DNA of 64,000 nucleotides from Polymyxa betae A26-41 (Eukaryota > Protista > Endomyxa: Phytomyxea), in NCBI GenBank assembly GCA_003693705.1, contig RBZT01000423.1, positions 118,114 to 182,113 of the forward strand, in the 5' to 3' direction. Shown here piece by piece: positions 30,591-42,927 of the stretch (position 1 is the stretch's first letter; every line of letters begins with the position of its first letter). A program made the position numbers and the translations under genes. The notes below the pieces were generated by a model. It had not been told where the DNA came from, did not search any database, and worked only from the letters and a program-made list of their open reading frames with translations.

Positions 30591-32977
30591 TTAATGAGCT
30601 AAGTGGAGCTCGGAATCATCATTCGATATAAGCAAAGTACTCTGCGATTTAACATTTAGATTTAGCGTTTTCGAATCTTCGCTGGAATTTGGCGTTGTTG
30701 GGACGAAGTTGTAACGCTCTGGAGGCATCCACATACGCGGACCGGTGATCTTCTTTTCGAAGGAAACATTCGGCTCTGCATCAAGTCTGTCACCAAACCA
30801 GAAGCAACAATTCTGTAACAAAAACCTGTTTGCAATACAAGTGACGAACTCGTCTGAATCTCTAAACTGATCGAAATCCAACAAGTTAATGGACGTCGTA
30901 TACGCTGCAATTGCAGCATCCAGCTGGCCTGGTCAGAATATGTCATAATCTTGGTGGAAACTTTCCAAAGTCAAATACCAGAAGAAATTAGCTCATTTCC
31001 CCGAGCCTTTGCTTCAGCAGCAGTGGTACGAGCAATGACTTCTAACTGCGACGTCTCAATAGCCCTACGAGAACTCAAACAGCAATCTTAAAATGAACCA
31101 ATAACTTACAAAGGCTCTCCATGCCTAAAGTGTTGATTAACCAGAATTAGTGCAAGGCCTTCGAAAATCGTGGGCGTGACATGAACCGTGACTGAAGCAG
31201 CATCGGATCCAGTCGTCTCGTATCCGATTAAGCGGACATCATCGCCATAGGCTCCCGTACCAAGTTCTGATAGAGACTACAACAATAAGCAAAACGCCTT
31301 CAACCTAAAAAGTGTTTGCCTGATAGAATACAACCAGTTCAGAAGCAACAGCGGTTAGCATCGGTTGAACACGGGAGATATTGGAAAGGCACGAAAGTGC
31401 ACTTTGCGTTGTGCTCAAAATTTGGCCGATAAATTGGATAATCGCGTTTTCATCGAGCTCGGATTCGGGATGAAATTGTCGCCTATCTAAGGCAAAATTA
31501 GCGACCATACTGATGAAACACAAACGCCAACCTTCCAAAATTTTCGGCTTCGATCGGGGATCTGTAGCTATCCAGTGAACTAACTCATGTAGAAGACTGC
31601 CTTCATCGTCGTCGCATTTAATCAAGCGATAGATACATCGCTGTTGAAATCGCCAACGACTCTGGCATGATTCCAAGAAATCATTTGAGCAAACTAAGTA
31701 AACAGTTATAAATTCGAAAGATAGCACTCAACAAATTACAATGCACACGATCGACTTCTTTCTCATTCATAAACAGAGGGTCAAGATGGCAGATAACAGC
31801 TAACAGATCAGCAAGATTCGTGCCAGTCACGCTGATCGGCAGAGCGGGCAGCACGCCCCCATTTTCTGGCAGACATTGCAGCGACAGCTTCGCAATTGCA
31901 GGCGTTCCATCTTCAAAATCGTCAAGCAACGATGACAACAACGGGCTGTCCATAAAGTTAAATCGATTCAGCAAATTTCGTAGTTTCTGACTCGGTAGCT
32001 GTAGCATAGAGAAATAGACACGATTTCGAAAGCGACTCTCTAAGTTTGGCAACGAGGCGTGGGGAACGTTCCCAATCGAACTGGACATTGGATTCGCTGA
32101 GAGAATTTTACACAGAGTTCATAGACTGAGATAAAATTACCTAAATTCAAGCGAGTGACGTGTAAAACATTCCATTCCGGTTTGTTCATTTAACAGTTCT
32201 TCATATAACGACCGGGACATAACGAACCCTCGAGCGGCCACTAGTGCCAGCTGTTTCTGTTCCGTTTCGAATTTGTTTTCGTTGGAACGGCGGTCACCGC
32301 TGAACATCGTCACAATGCCAAGCAGTTCGGCAGCTTGCAACAAGGCGTCCAACGTAGAATCAGGTGCGGTAAAAATCTGCAATATTCAGTTTAGACAATA
32401 ACATAAACAAATCTCCCTACGTGATTGATAGCATCCGTAAGACCTGCAATCAAAAACCGTTTACAAAGCGCCGATGGAGTGTCGCATGATGCTACAGTGT
32501 TCAGTAGGATTTTCACAGCTCGTGAGGCGGTTGATCGATTTCTGGCGAGACAAACGATGCTCGGAAGAAAGCGCTGGTGAGCGACGAAATCCGCTAAGAA
32601 GGACGATTTGCGAATCGTAAGTTGCTCTAAGTACGAGGGCATTAAAATCTGCCAATCGTTATCGAGATATTCGTTCGATGGAGGTTCTGACACGGAACTC
32701 GAATCGAGACGACAGACGATCGCATCGATAAAATCACGACCTGTAAGAAAATTACAATGTCAAAGAAATTTTAGAACGCTTATAAAAGATCAAATCACAA
32801 TAAATAATAAACGAGCAATAAAAGTGTTTAATTTGGAGTAATCTTGAGGAAATACGTACGTTCTGGACCGTTGGGTGGAAGCGAGCCTAAATCCGAACAT
32901 CCCTGGAACGGCGGTCGTTCATCTTCGGGACGGACGACGTTCAGGGACCGTAGCTGGCCTAACAACGCCAAGTTCAT
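30591..32977 (-). CDS. Hypothetical large helical (ARM/HEAT-like?) protein, multi-exon
   Basis: Contiguous minus-strand Leu-rich ORFs separated by ~50-bp GT-AG introns. No motif recognised. Confidence 0.6.
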
Positions 32978-33221
32978 TGCAGCCGATGGCAGTGATAATC
33001 GGACGGCCGATCTCAAAGATCGGCCTTACCGAATGAGAATGATACTGTTAGAGAGAATAGGGCACGAGACCATACTGCGTTATCGAAATCCTAAACCCCT
33101 TCCAGGGGGTTATCGATCGATGGGCCGATTTGTCCATTTATTTGAGCATTTACAAGGACTTCTGCGTTGATAAAGTGATATAACAATTTACATTTAAAGA
33201 TCGACGAAACAATGTGACAGT

Positions 33222-36126
33222 TTAAACGTCGATAATCTTCGACGACGACGGTGAAGGCTTCTTTTCACTGCTCGCTTTGATGTCCCATTCCTTCCAGCTA
33301 AGCAGCTGCTCAGCGACAGTGAGGTTGGCTTTCGGCGCCAGATTGCCGAACACGGCCGCTCGCATTGAAATGATAAACTTAGCGATTTGTCGACCACTGT
33401 AACCTTCAAGTTTCTGGCTCAAAACCTCGACATCGGAGTTGTTCAATTCATGCAGAGGAGAGGCATCGCCTTTCCACCACTTATTGATCGGACCAGATTG
33501 CTGAATTTTCAGGTATTGCTCTAAAAACAGGCCAATCATCTTCTTGCGCTGCTCGCCGTTGGGAATCTCGAACTCGACGAACTCATCAATTCGGTCTTTG
33601 ACAGCATCGTCGAAGGCGTCCAGGTCCATGTTAGAGGCAAGAACAATCATGAATTTCCGAGATTCAGTCCCAGTTCGTTGCAAGAATGCGGACAAGATAT
33701 GGCGACCTTGTTCAGACATTACCTACAAATTTGAATCAATACCATTTTATTCATATGGCGATCCATTGTTGGCGTAAATTGAAAAATGTTAGAACTTGAA
33801 GGCCCAAAAAAACATAATTAAAAGACAAATGAAAAAACAAGCGAAAAGCTTACACTAGAATCATCGCGTCCTTTTCGAAGGAACGAGTCAGCTTCATCAA
33901 AGAACAGTACAGCACCACGAGGAGATTTTTCGGCCCAGTCGAACAATTTATGAAGTTCAGTGACAGCAGCATTACCCTACAGTGAGCTAAATGAAGAGTT
34001 ACCAGATCGTACAAACGAATGTTATACCAGTTGAGATAAGTCACCACCAGAAACAATCGCATAGTCCATATGCGAATCCATTGCCAAGGCGCGGGCGAAC
34101 AGCGTCTTTCCTGTTCCTGGTGGCCCATGAAGTAACAGATGACGATAGGGAGAATTGTGTTTCGTAGCGGAATGAGCAGTATCGGCAATCCAAGTCAATC
34201 TTGACCGAAGCGAAGGAGACATTACAACCTGGAAAGCAAAGTTTTCAGAGGGCCGAAGAGACGAAGGTTGGATTCCAGGAATAAACAAAACTTGAATTCA
34301 TAAAAAGTAGATAACGTAGCAACATAAAGAGCAAATCATAAACATTGGACAACCATAACAAAATTTAAGCCATTCGTTCTCAAAACTTGAAAATATATTA
34401 TTCGGGAGCACATAAACAAAATTAAAAGTGCAATTTCTCCAAAACATCGTTAACTGCCAAGCAGGCTTTTCGGAAAATTAAGAAAGTGAATCGAAGCAGA
34501 GACTGATATGATACAAGATTGTAAAGAAACTATGGTACCTGGTCGATAGCCTTCGCCTTGGAACCATTAGACAGGGTTTTTAATGAAAACCATGTTGATG
34601 GAGCCAGCCAGTTACGACGTGACGTCTCGCGAACCAGTTGTGGTCGGCCCAATCTAGCCGAAATGTAGTTCCCTAATATCAATCAGCAAACGAAATAGAA
34701 CTGAGCGCACAAAATATAGAAGAATCTTTTCAATATTCATCAAATGTCTGATAAGAAAGAAACAGCTCATAAAACGCACTAAAATTGTTAACTGATTACT
34801 ACCGAAAACTCGGGTTCCATTTCGTGCACCAAAGAATCCCAAAGATAGAGCGGTGACGAGTGCAATAGCTTGAGCGCATTGGCGAGGATCCGAAACCGAT
34901 TCCTTAATAGAAGCGCCAATCTGGTTGATGCTTTGGTAGTGCAACCGGATACTTTCAAGGCGTGACAACAGCGACGCTGCTGCCTCTTTTTCCATACGAC
35001 GTAATTGGACCTGCATATCACCAATTCAGTAAAAAAAGACAGTTTTCGGATAAACAAACATTACTTTTCGTCAACTCAGTTAAGAAAATTAACAATTGGA
35101 ATGATGAGGAATGCGTAAAATTATAAACAGGAATGGATGACATGGGAATAACGAGAAACGGGAATAGTTGAATGCCAATAACTACAATGCCGATTAGGCG
35201 ACAAACAGAAATCCACAAAATCAGGCTAACAGCAATATGGGAAAAGCAAAATGAAAACCGAACTGAGGGCAAGATGAAATTACATCTTCGTTTTCGCGCT
35301 CCTGTTTGATTCGGCCTTCAGCAGCGGCTGCCTCTTTCACACGAATCGTCTCCTGTTCAATTTTGGCTTGCCGGGCGTGCGCGTCAAGTCGCTGTTTTTC
35401 GATGATAACGTCGTTCTCGCGTCGGATCCTTTCTTGAGCGAGAAACAATTCGTGCTGGATCGGTATAAACGGAGATGGAAAGAAATCGTGAAAATCAGCG
35501 AACCTGTTTCTGACGTTGTTCTTCGTCATAGTGCCTCCTATCTTCCAGCTTCTGTTGCTCTAACTTTTGCTGAACTTTGGCTTTATACAGAGCAGCTTGT
35601 TTTTCTTCATTCAGGCGCTCTGCCTCGTTACGTTTCCGGATATCTTCCATCTCCATTTGCGCCTAAACAAACCATATCAGTAATACTGTCTTGTAACAGC
35701 TCGTGTACAAGACGAAACAATTGCAACAGGGTGTGGACTGAAAACAAAGAGCAGCTACATTTTTGGCAAATTGATTATTCTGCATTCTTTGTTGTTCTAT
35801 TGCGGCTTGGGTCTCGAATTGTTTCGTCCTTTCCTGTTCTCTCATAAGATCCAAGGCGCGATTAGCATGTGGAGATGTATTTAGCTCGCGGATTGCAGCG
35901 ACACCTTTCCAAGCTTAACCTCAGCATGAAAAAAAATATTAAACAATTAAGGACCTCGCTCAAGAGCGGTCGGATCAAAGGCCTCAAAGCGAGGTGCGCT
36001 GGAAGGCTGAGGTTCCGGTATCGGTGCCGATGGAGATACGGCAAGAGCGGGACCATCAGGCTGGCCTGGTGATGGAGAATTTTGGCCGCCGCCTAAAGCC
36101 GATCGAATCGACGAAGTCCAGCCCAT
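33222..36126 (-). CDS. ATAD3: Mitochondrial AAA ATPase ATAD3
   Basis: FDPTALER N-terminus, coiled coil with [24 protein letters not shown], Walker [13 protein letters not shown], Walker [10 protein letters not shown], and DRIDE. Confidence 0.95.
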
Positions 36127-36659
36127 GGCAACAAATGATCAGCAGACTGCTTTGCTGCTCCTGCCTGTCTAAAACCGATTCTATAGATGCAGGCAGAAAC
36201 TGGCTGCCGACTGGGTCCGTAGGGCTCGCTGAGTCATTTTGCCGTCACGCAAATCTGCACCTGTCACGATTACGTTACGACGGTGACGTGGACGCTCCCA
36301 GATTTACGTTACCGGTGACTATTAGGAATTTGAAATGACAATGAGAAGCATCGGATTTGATGCTTTCATTTCAATCAAAAGAATAAAGCAAATTATGGTC
36401 GCCACCGACTCAAGTGAGCAAGCTTTAAACACCCAACGAATCAAACGAAACTCATAGGATGATATGACCGCATTGAGCGCAAGAGATTCGACCGACTAAC
36501 AATTCACAGCGACTCTGAGATCCCAACGATAGTGGAGTGACTTTTAAGTTGATTGGGCAAAAATGGTTTTTTAGGCTCAAAGAGGCTGCCAGTGAAATCA
36601 AAGATAACGCAATTAAGCAACCTGTATGATATTAACATTTTTTTAGTGCCTTTTGTAAT

Positions 36660-37352
36660 TCAACGTATATATCGATGCAAAAAGCGCACATGGAAATCAT
36701 TCCTAATTGTGTCGTTAATGAATCGTTTCTTATGAACGGGTGCATCGGCAGCCTGGTTCTTAAAAACAACATCATCGTCCCAGCGTCGTTTCACTTGGAA
36801 TCCGCCAACTCCCAACGATTCTCTCAGTAAAGGGTTTGCGTTAATCGTGGCCATCTCTGCTTCCTTTTCCTCTTCCTGCCGAGCCAACTCTTCGCGTCGA
36901 GCTCTTTCTGCTTCGCGTTCAGCCTTGATTCTCTCCAGCTCTTTTAAGAGTTCCGCTTCGTCGTCGGATTCGTCTTCCGACTCACTTCCAGTCGAGGAGC
37001 TACTACTTGAGCTGCTAGCAGTATCGTCTGCATCGTCATATTGATCAGGAGCTAATGGAGGCGGCGCTGAACTGATTTGCAAAGCAGGCGCTTCTACAAT
37101 CGGAGCTTCAATAAAACCTTGCGTCTTAATAATCTCCTCGTGATGAATAGCTTCGCGTTCCTCTAGCTCAGAGTACAGGTCTCGTTCCAGCATTTCCTCA
37201 ACACTGTTCTGACCGAGCTGACGATATTTCAGACGGGTTTGGCCAGGCATGTCCTTTGACGAGAACTGCAACCGCGGCGTCCGGTATCGATACCCGCCCT
37301 GGTTGGCACTGCCAACAGCCGGGTGATACGTGGGCTTATGAGCTGTTGTCAT
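36660..37352 (-). CDS. CWC15: Spliceosome-associated protein CWC15
   Basis: MTTAHKPT, LKYRQLGQ, ELERIKAER, VKRRWDDDVVFKNQA and FINDTIRNDFH. Intronless. Confidence 0.97.
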   Translation of the reverse strand: MTTAHKPTYHPAVGSANQGGYRYRTPRLQFSSKDMPGQTRLKYRQLGQNSVEEMLERDLYSELEEREAIHHEEIIKTQGFIEAPIVEAPALQISSAPPPLAPDQYDDADDTASSSSSSSSTGSESEDESDDEAELLKELERIKAEREAERARREELARQEEEKEAEMATINANPLLRESLGVGGFQVKRRWDDDVVFKNQAADAPVHKKRFINDTIRNDFHVRFLHRYIR

Positions 37353-37573
37353 CTTGAGAAGACGGGATAGCAATAGGCAACAAGAGAATCGAAGTGCACG
37401 CTCAGCAAGCACCGCAGTTAGCAAATCAGGCGAGCGCAATTTCTTATGCAAGTTTTATTTTGTATTTTTCCGCTGGAATCTCCGCGCATTGTTGTCCGAA
37501 TCAGGTTCTTTGCGGAGATTGGGGGGTCTCAACTCTCAATTGACCAACTTGGTCTTCTCTGGCAATACCCATC

Positions 37574-38421
37574 ATGTTCGACCATCTTCAGATTTCATCA
37601 TCTGATATCGTCATCGTCTCGTCAGCAGGAATCCAGGACTGCCACTATAAGGTGCTCTCTCCATCCGAGCTGAAATCCATTGCAGGCTCATCGTTGGATG
37701 CTGTCATTGTCACCTCCGATTGTAATCACCTTTCATTTCATGGATTTCTCGCCACTGAACTCTTTTCTAAGGCATTTCAACCGTCTCATTTGACGATGTG
37801 TTTTCTCTACTCAGGCCCAATGGTCATTGCTATATCCTTGGCGCGATGAAGAAATCGCCATTGATTTATTCAGGACTGATCATGGTTTCTGAAGAACCTA
37901 ACAAGGTTGGTGGGTTTGAAATTCAGTTGACTTTGAGTTGACGGAATAGCAGAAGTCAGTTGCTATTTCGACAGATACGGGTCATAGATTTATCATCATA
38001 AAGCGTTGAAGCCTAACCCACTTTTCAGATCGTCGCTAAAAAGCCGTCTTGGGAGGCTGACGAGTCCACTCCTCTTTTTTTGGGTGATGTCGATCTCATC
38101 GATGAAGACCAGCTGCTTGCACACGAAGAAAACCGTGTTGAAGTTAAGCCTGCAAGCAAAAAAGGTAATGTTGTTATAAAACGTTTATTTTTTATTGATC
38201 TGGTTTTCTCAGAATCGGATTGTGGTCCAGCTAAGAGAAAAGCTTGTAAAAACTGCACGTGTGGTTATGCAGAACAGCTTGCCAGCGTCGCAGTACAAAC
38301 TCAACCGTCGTCGGGTGGATGTGGAAGCTGTGCTCTTGGTGATGCATTCCGATGTAGTACTTGTCCTTATCTCGGCCAGCCTGCTTTCAAGCCTGGAGAT
38401 AAAGTTAAATTGGCTCTATAA
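37574..38421 (+). CDS. DRE2: Anamorsin/Dre2 Fe-S cluster assembly protein
   Basis: [15 protein letters not shown]...KACKNCTCG and [27 protein letters not shown]. Confidence 0.95.
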
Positions 38422-38847
38422 TAACGTAATAATATTGTTATTTAAATTATTGTCGTGACCCTTTTATTCTGTTTCCGATGTTATCACCGGTAGCCATTTG
38501 AAGGCTTTTTCCAGCGCAGTAAAAAATACAATAAGAGAAGACCTCAGGTCGTCGAATTGCCAGCATTCAAAAATGACAATTTTCAATCCTGGAAAAATTT
38601 TGCAGCGATTTAACGATTCGACGTCTCAATTGTAACAATACCACCATTATTGATTATTTATATATTTCTGCATTTTCACCATCAAATAGAAATTCTGGTT
38701 TCTCATACAGTAATCAGCACTTTTCCGGAATATGTCCCAGCGTCGAAGCGATATGAATCCGGTTTGTTCAGTGTACACAAGCCATTGCCCACTGGCAAAA
38801 CTTTTAATTATCGATTTCCTTGCCCTGCTGATTGCATAAACATTCTA

Positions 38848-40839
38848 TCAGAGCTTGCATAGAATAGAATCCCTCGACGAGAGACTCCAAATTCGATAAA
38901 CGCCCTCATCAACTTCGTCCAACTGCTGAAGAGTACCTTCATCCCTAAACCAAGATTTAAGACGCGGCCCGAATATACCAGCCCAAACCAGCCTGCATTC
39001 TATGTATCCCACGAGCTTAGAGACAATCCATTCGGGGATAGAGAAATTCAGAGTTGGTATAATAACGTTGACACCTTCTGAAACTTGCTGTTTGGAGTTG
39101 GATGTAACAATCCCTATCTATACGTCATCCTACTGAATGTAGAATTTAACAAGGAGCTACCTAAGAAAACCCCAGTTCGCGAGTCGATTAAGGCACCGCC
39201 AGAATTTCCACTATTAACTGTCGCTGATGTCTGAATCATAATTGGGCGCCCATCAATCCTTACAACTGTGTTAAGCTCGTGAATACTAAAAGAATGCCGA
39301 GCACAGCAATTAGATCATACTCTTTGAAATAACGCCTCGAGTTGCTGATGGCGCCATGAATTTGCCAAGACAATCGGGGTTGAAGACACAATATCCAATA
39401 ACCAGCACATCCATCCCAGCGATAGCAGGAAACAGGCCTGGATTGCTTGTGACATTGCCTAGTCTCCTTTTCTGGATAACGTTAGTAATTAAAAGCATAG
39501 GGAAACCTGAAGCATATTTACTGCTTCAACTTTCAGAAGAGCAACATCCCAAGGACCTTTCGATAGATAAATTAACGACGCTGGTGCCACATCGTCTTGT
39601 TCTGTAAAGCGCAAACAAGTTAATTACTGCAACCAAAATCTTCCAATTGACTACCTGATCGGGATTCGAGATAATTACAATTCCGAATTTGAACATATAT
39701 CATCGATTCAATTTTGCCAGAATCGATATAAGGAATAAACACGTGAGCGTTAGTTACTATATATCTACAAGCAGCACCATGACTAAGCAGATTGTAGGAT
39801 GGTGAAATGATACCCTTCAGGATGAATGATGACACCGGTGCACCAGGAGTCACCAACACGAATGCAAGCCAAATATCGTTCGGCTCTAGCAATGATGATA
39901 ATGAAATCAATGCAAAAACCGACGAAGTTTTACAATCGGTAGGGTGACGGCTGAACTGTCCGACTTAGTCGACAGCAGTAATTGACCTCATGCAATAGTC
40001 GCAACAAGGCTGACATACGAAATGCAATTGAAATCGCAACATTGTCATGCGATCTGTACAAAAACAAAGCTATCATGCCAACAATATCGCCATGGCTATT
40101 CACAACGGCACCACCTAAATCTGATCAATGTCCTTTGAATTAATTTGGGCAAAACCCTATAATAACCTTCAGAGCCTGGTAGGCATCGCGTATCAACAAG
40201 CATCATCGACTCATTGATTATATTGGAAACGCATCCTTGGACGATGCTATTTTGAAACGCACGGCGACAGAGAACACCAAACGGAGAGCTGATGACATGA
40301 ACAGATTCGCCAGGTGCCACTTCTGCAGCAGAGGTCACGGATGGAGGATTCTGCTTTTTCGATAAACTGGAGAGCGTCACGAAACATGTTTAAACTAAAT
40401 ACATCTGTGGCGTTTGGAATTTTTAGGATCGCCAAAAGGCTATAGGATTGCGGTGTGTCATTCCATCCAATTTTCCAATCAGGTGACATTCCAGCAGTTA
40501 ACGATTGAACACACTGTTCTAAATCAGGAATCTTGTGAAGAACTTCAATACTTGTCTTAAAAAAAGGTATCAAGTAGGACCTACACTGTCGATTGCAGCA
40601 ACTTCGCAATAAATAGGATTCGGGAGATGACGAAAGAAAGCTACGACTTTGTAGCCGTAATCAAATTTTGCAAACACGGATCCGGGGCAGACCAGAATCC
40701 GATCGGCGACAGCGAATCCGGAAATCGACACGGTTACATACCCATGATCCTGCCTCAAGGCGAACGGGAAGGTACTGCTCGGCGCCTTCCCTGTGATCAC
40801 TATAAGGCACGACGCACGAGCAACATTCTGTGAATCCAT
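38848..40839 (-). CDS. Peroxisomal leader-peptide processing protease (DEG15/TYSND1-like), multi-exon
   Basis: Two trypsin-like domains (SPFG...DTRCLPGSEGG; TNAHV...QTSATVNSGNSGGAL), LNFSIP, and C-terminal -CKL* (PTS1 consensus). Confidence 0.85.
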
Positions 40840-41341
40840 TCCAGAATGGACTCACTCGGAGTTCACTTTGACGATTCTGTTACATCCTTGCCTCTCCATA
40901 TCGAACTACTTACGTAGATCTGATTAAAATATGAATACCTTTTAGGAGATTAATCGTTTTCTTAACTGTATCGCTTCCAGTCTGGCTTCACATCAGCAAA
41001 ATACTGGTTGAAAACATGGAAATTTTCGGATTAAATGGGATTCTTCAGTACTATTAACGAAGCTCTACGATTCCTAGTCAACCCTTATACCGGTATTGCA
41101 TTCAATGATCTTTGAACTTAGCATTGAGTACCGAAATGTATTGGAATTCAGTCAGTTATTTACAATGATAGATAAAGAACAGATATCAGTCCAGCAACCA
41201 CCATGTCCCATTTCAGTGATGGCTGGATACCCGAGAAGCTAAAATCCAGGCTTTGAAAGTTTGTTATTGAAGTAAAACTAATTAATATTTATTTTGCTGT
41301 CATATACAACTGGAATGTTTCTCGATTCCAATCTGCAATCT

Positions 41342-41975
41342 GATTACGAGCGCCGTTCGTCAGCTTTTGACAGAAGCGAGCCTCGGGTTCTAAAGTGAAC
41401 TTTAGCGAAGTTGGAAATGACCTGTAGCGAAAAAGTGAGTTGACCATCTGAATAATAAATCATTGTTACGTCAACAAGACCATCGCGAACTCGAGAAAAC
41501 ATGACAACATCCGGATGCTACGACTATATTAAACAGTATTGACAAACCACTAGATAATCCCTTACCCAGCCTGGATGGTCAAGAAAGTCTTTGTCGAACG
41601 AAGAGAAATCTGCCCAGAGGCTCTCCAAAAACCTGTCCAAGCGATCCGGCTTCTTAGTTTTCCCTGGTCTCCCTTCTATGGATAATAATTACATGCCGAT
41701 ATCAGCCTGATTGCACACATACTGCTTTTAGCAGGAAGCTTAACGATGGGCTCGTCATCGGATTCTTCATGAGTGCTACTTAGCCTTCTAACAATGGGCT
41801 CACTTCCGGATGACTCGAATTCGTCTTGGGCGCTATTTAGCCATTCAATCCAATTAACTTCGCTCCTGATCCGCTTAGCACCCGGCATTTGCTGGATGCA
41901 AGTAAAAACAGATACACGAATCTTACGAATGCACTTCTTAGGTCACGGCCAATGAAATGCACGAAGCATCCCATT
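41342..41975 (-). CDS. Small hypothetical multi-exon protein
   Basis: ORF 41676-41888 plus neighbouring short exons bounded by GT-AG. Boundaries are approximate. Confidence 0.4.
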
Positions 41976-42309
41976 CCGTGATCCGTATGCTTTTTGCGCC
42001 TTTTCTGACACAATTTCAAAGCATTTCTCAGCGATGTTCAGCATAGTAGGGAATAGTGAGATCGAGATCATAGGAAAAGCATTTGATAAATGTATATTTC
42101 CTAAACAATGGTTAGCTTATCGTCGTTCACGATTTAAGCCACTATCGCTACAAAAAAGATCCTATTGAGCAATCGAAACACTCGTGCAGTCAAAGCAACG
42201 AATGACCTCAATCCATTAGCAATTTACAAGTTTATGTAGTTTGAAGTGTATTGGTGATCCATTCTACATCCACGGGATATCAATCAATCTTCATTTGTCG
42301 ATTACAGTC

Positions 42310-42708
42310 ATGACGAAGACAACATTTTCAGCAGTCGTTGTCCGCCCAGACGGTCCTGTTGAAGTCGAATTTAAGAGCACCACACGATCGGAGCACCTTC
42401 AGCGAGTCAGGTCAGAGCTGGGTGTGCCAGGTGTCGATTGTGAAGGCATCCCGTGTTTCATACCTGGATACCGATTAACTGCCTACATTTCAGCCCATCA
42501 AGGACACGATCTTCATCGATTTCCTACAAATCGTTTAATGATGCAGCTCGTAAATCGTCCAATCCTTGGCAGCGCCGTCATCTTCGATGAGAAGCCAGAA
42601 GATGCCGATGACGAAGGCGAAGACGGCGACCAGGCTTATCACAAAGATTTCACTTTGAACGAGCTCAGCAAATGTATCGATATCAAGCAGAGATCCATGA
42701 GGAAATGA
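42310..42708 (+). CDS. Intronless small protein resembling DUF3846
   Basis: Pattern AVVVRPDG...LQRVRSELG...LTAYI...PTNRL...PILGSAVIF...DFTLNEL matches my recollection of the DUF3846 layout. Not verified by search. Confidence 0.55.
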   Translation: MTKTTFSAVVVRPDGPVEVEFKSTTRSEHLQRVRSELGVPGVDCEGIPCFIPGYRLTAYISAHQGHDLHRFPTNRLMMQLVNRPILGSAVIFDEKPEDADDEGEDGDQAYHKDFTLNELSKCIDIKQRSMRK

Positions 42709-42927
42709 ACCACATTCCCGGTATTGCAAGCCGTATCTATCACTTTCGAGCTGAGCCTTCCTGCAAGAGTCCATCTACCTTCCCCTTTGCTCTATCTGAT
42801 ACAAATCCTCTACATCATTCCATTCATACTGCAGCAATCAGCAGGTTGAGCGCAACCCTAATTCTGGTATCGTAATCCGTTTAGTTTCGTAAGCAGCTAT
42901 GAAACGCTTCTGATCATTTTCACTTGT

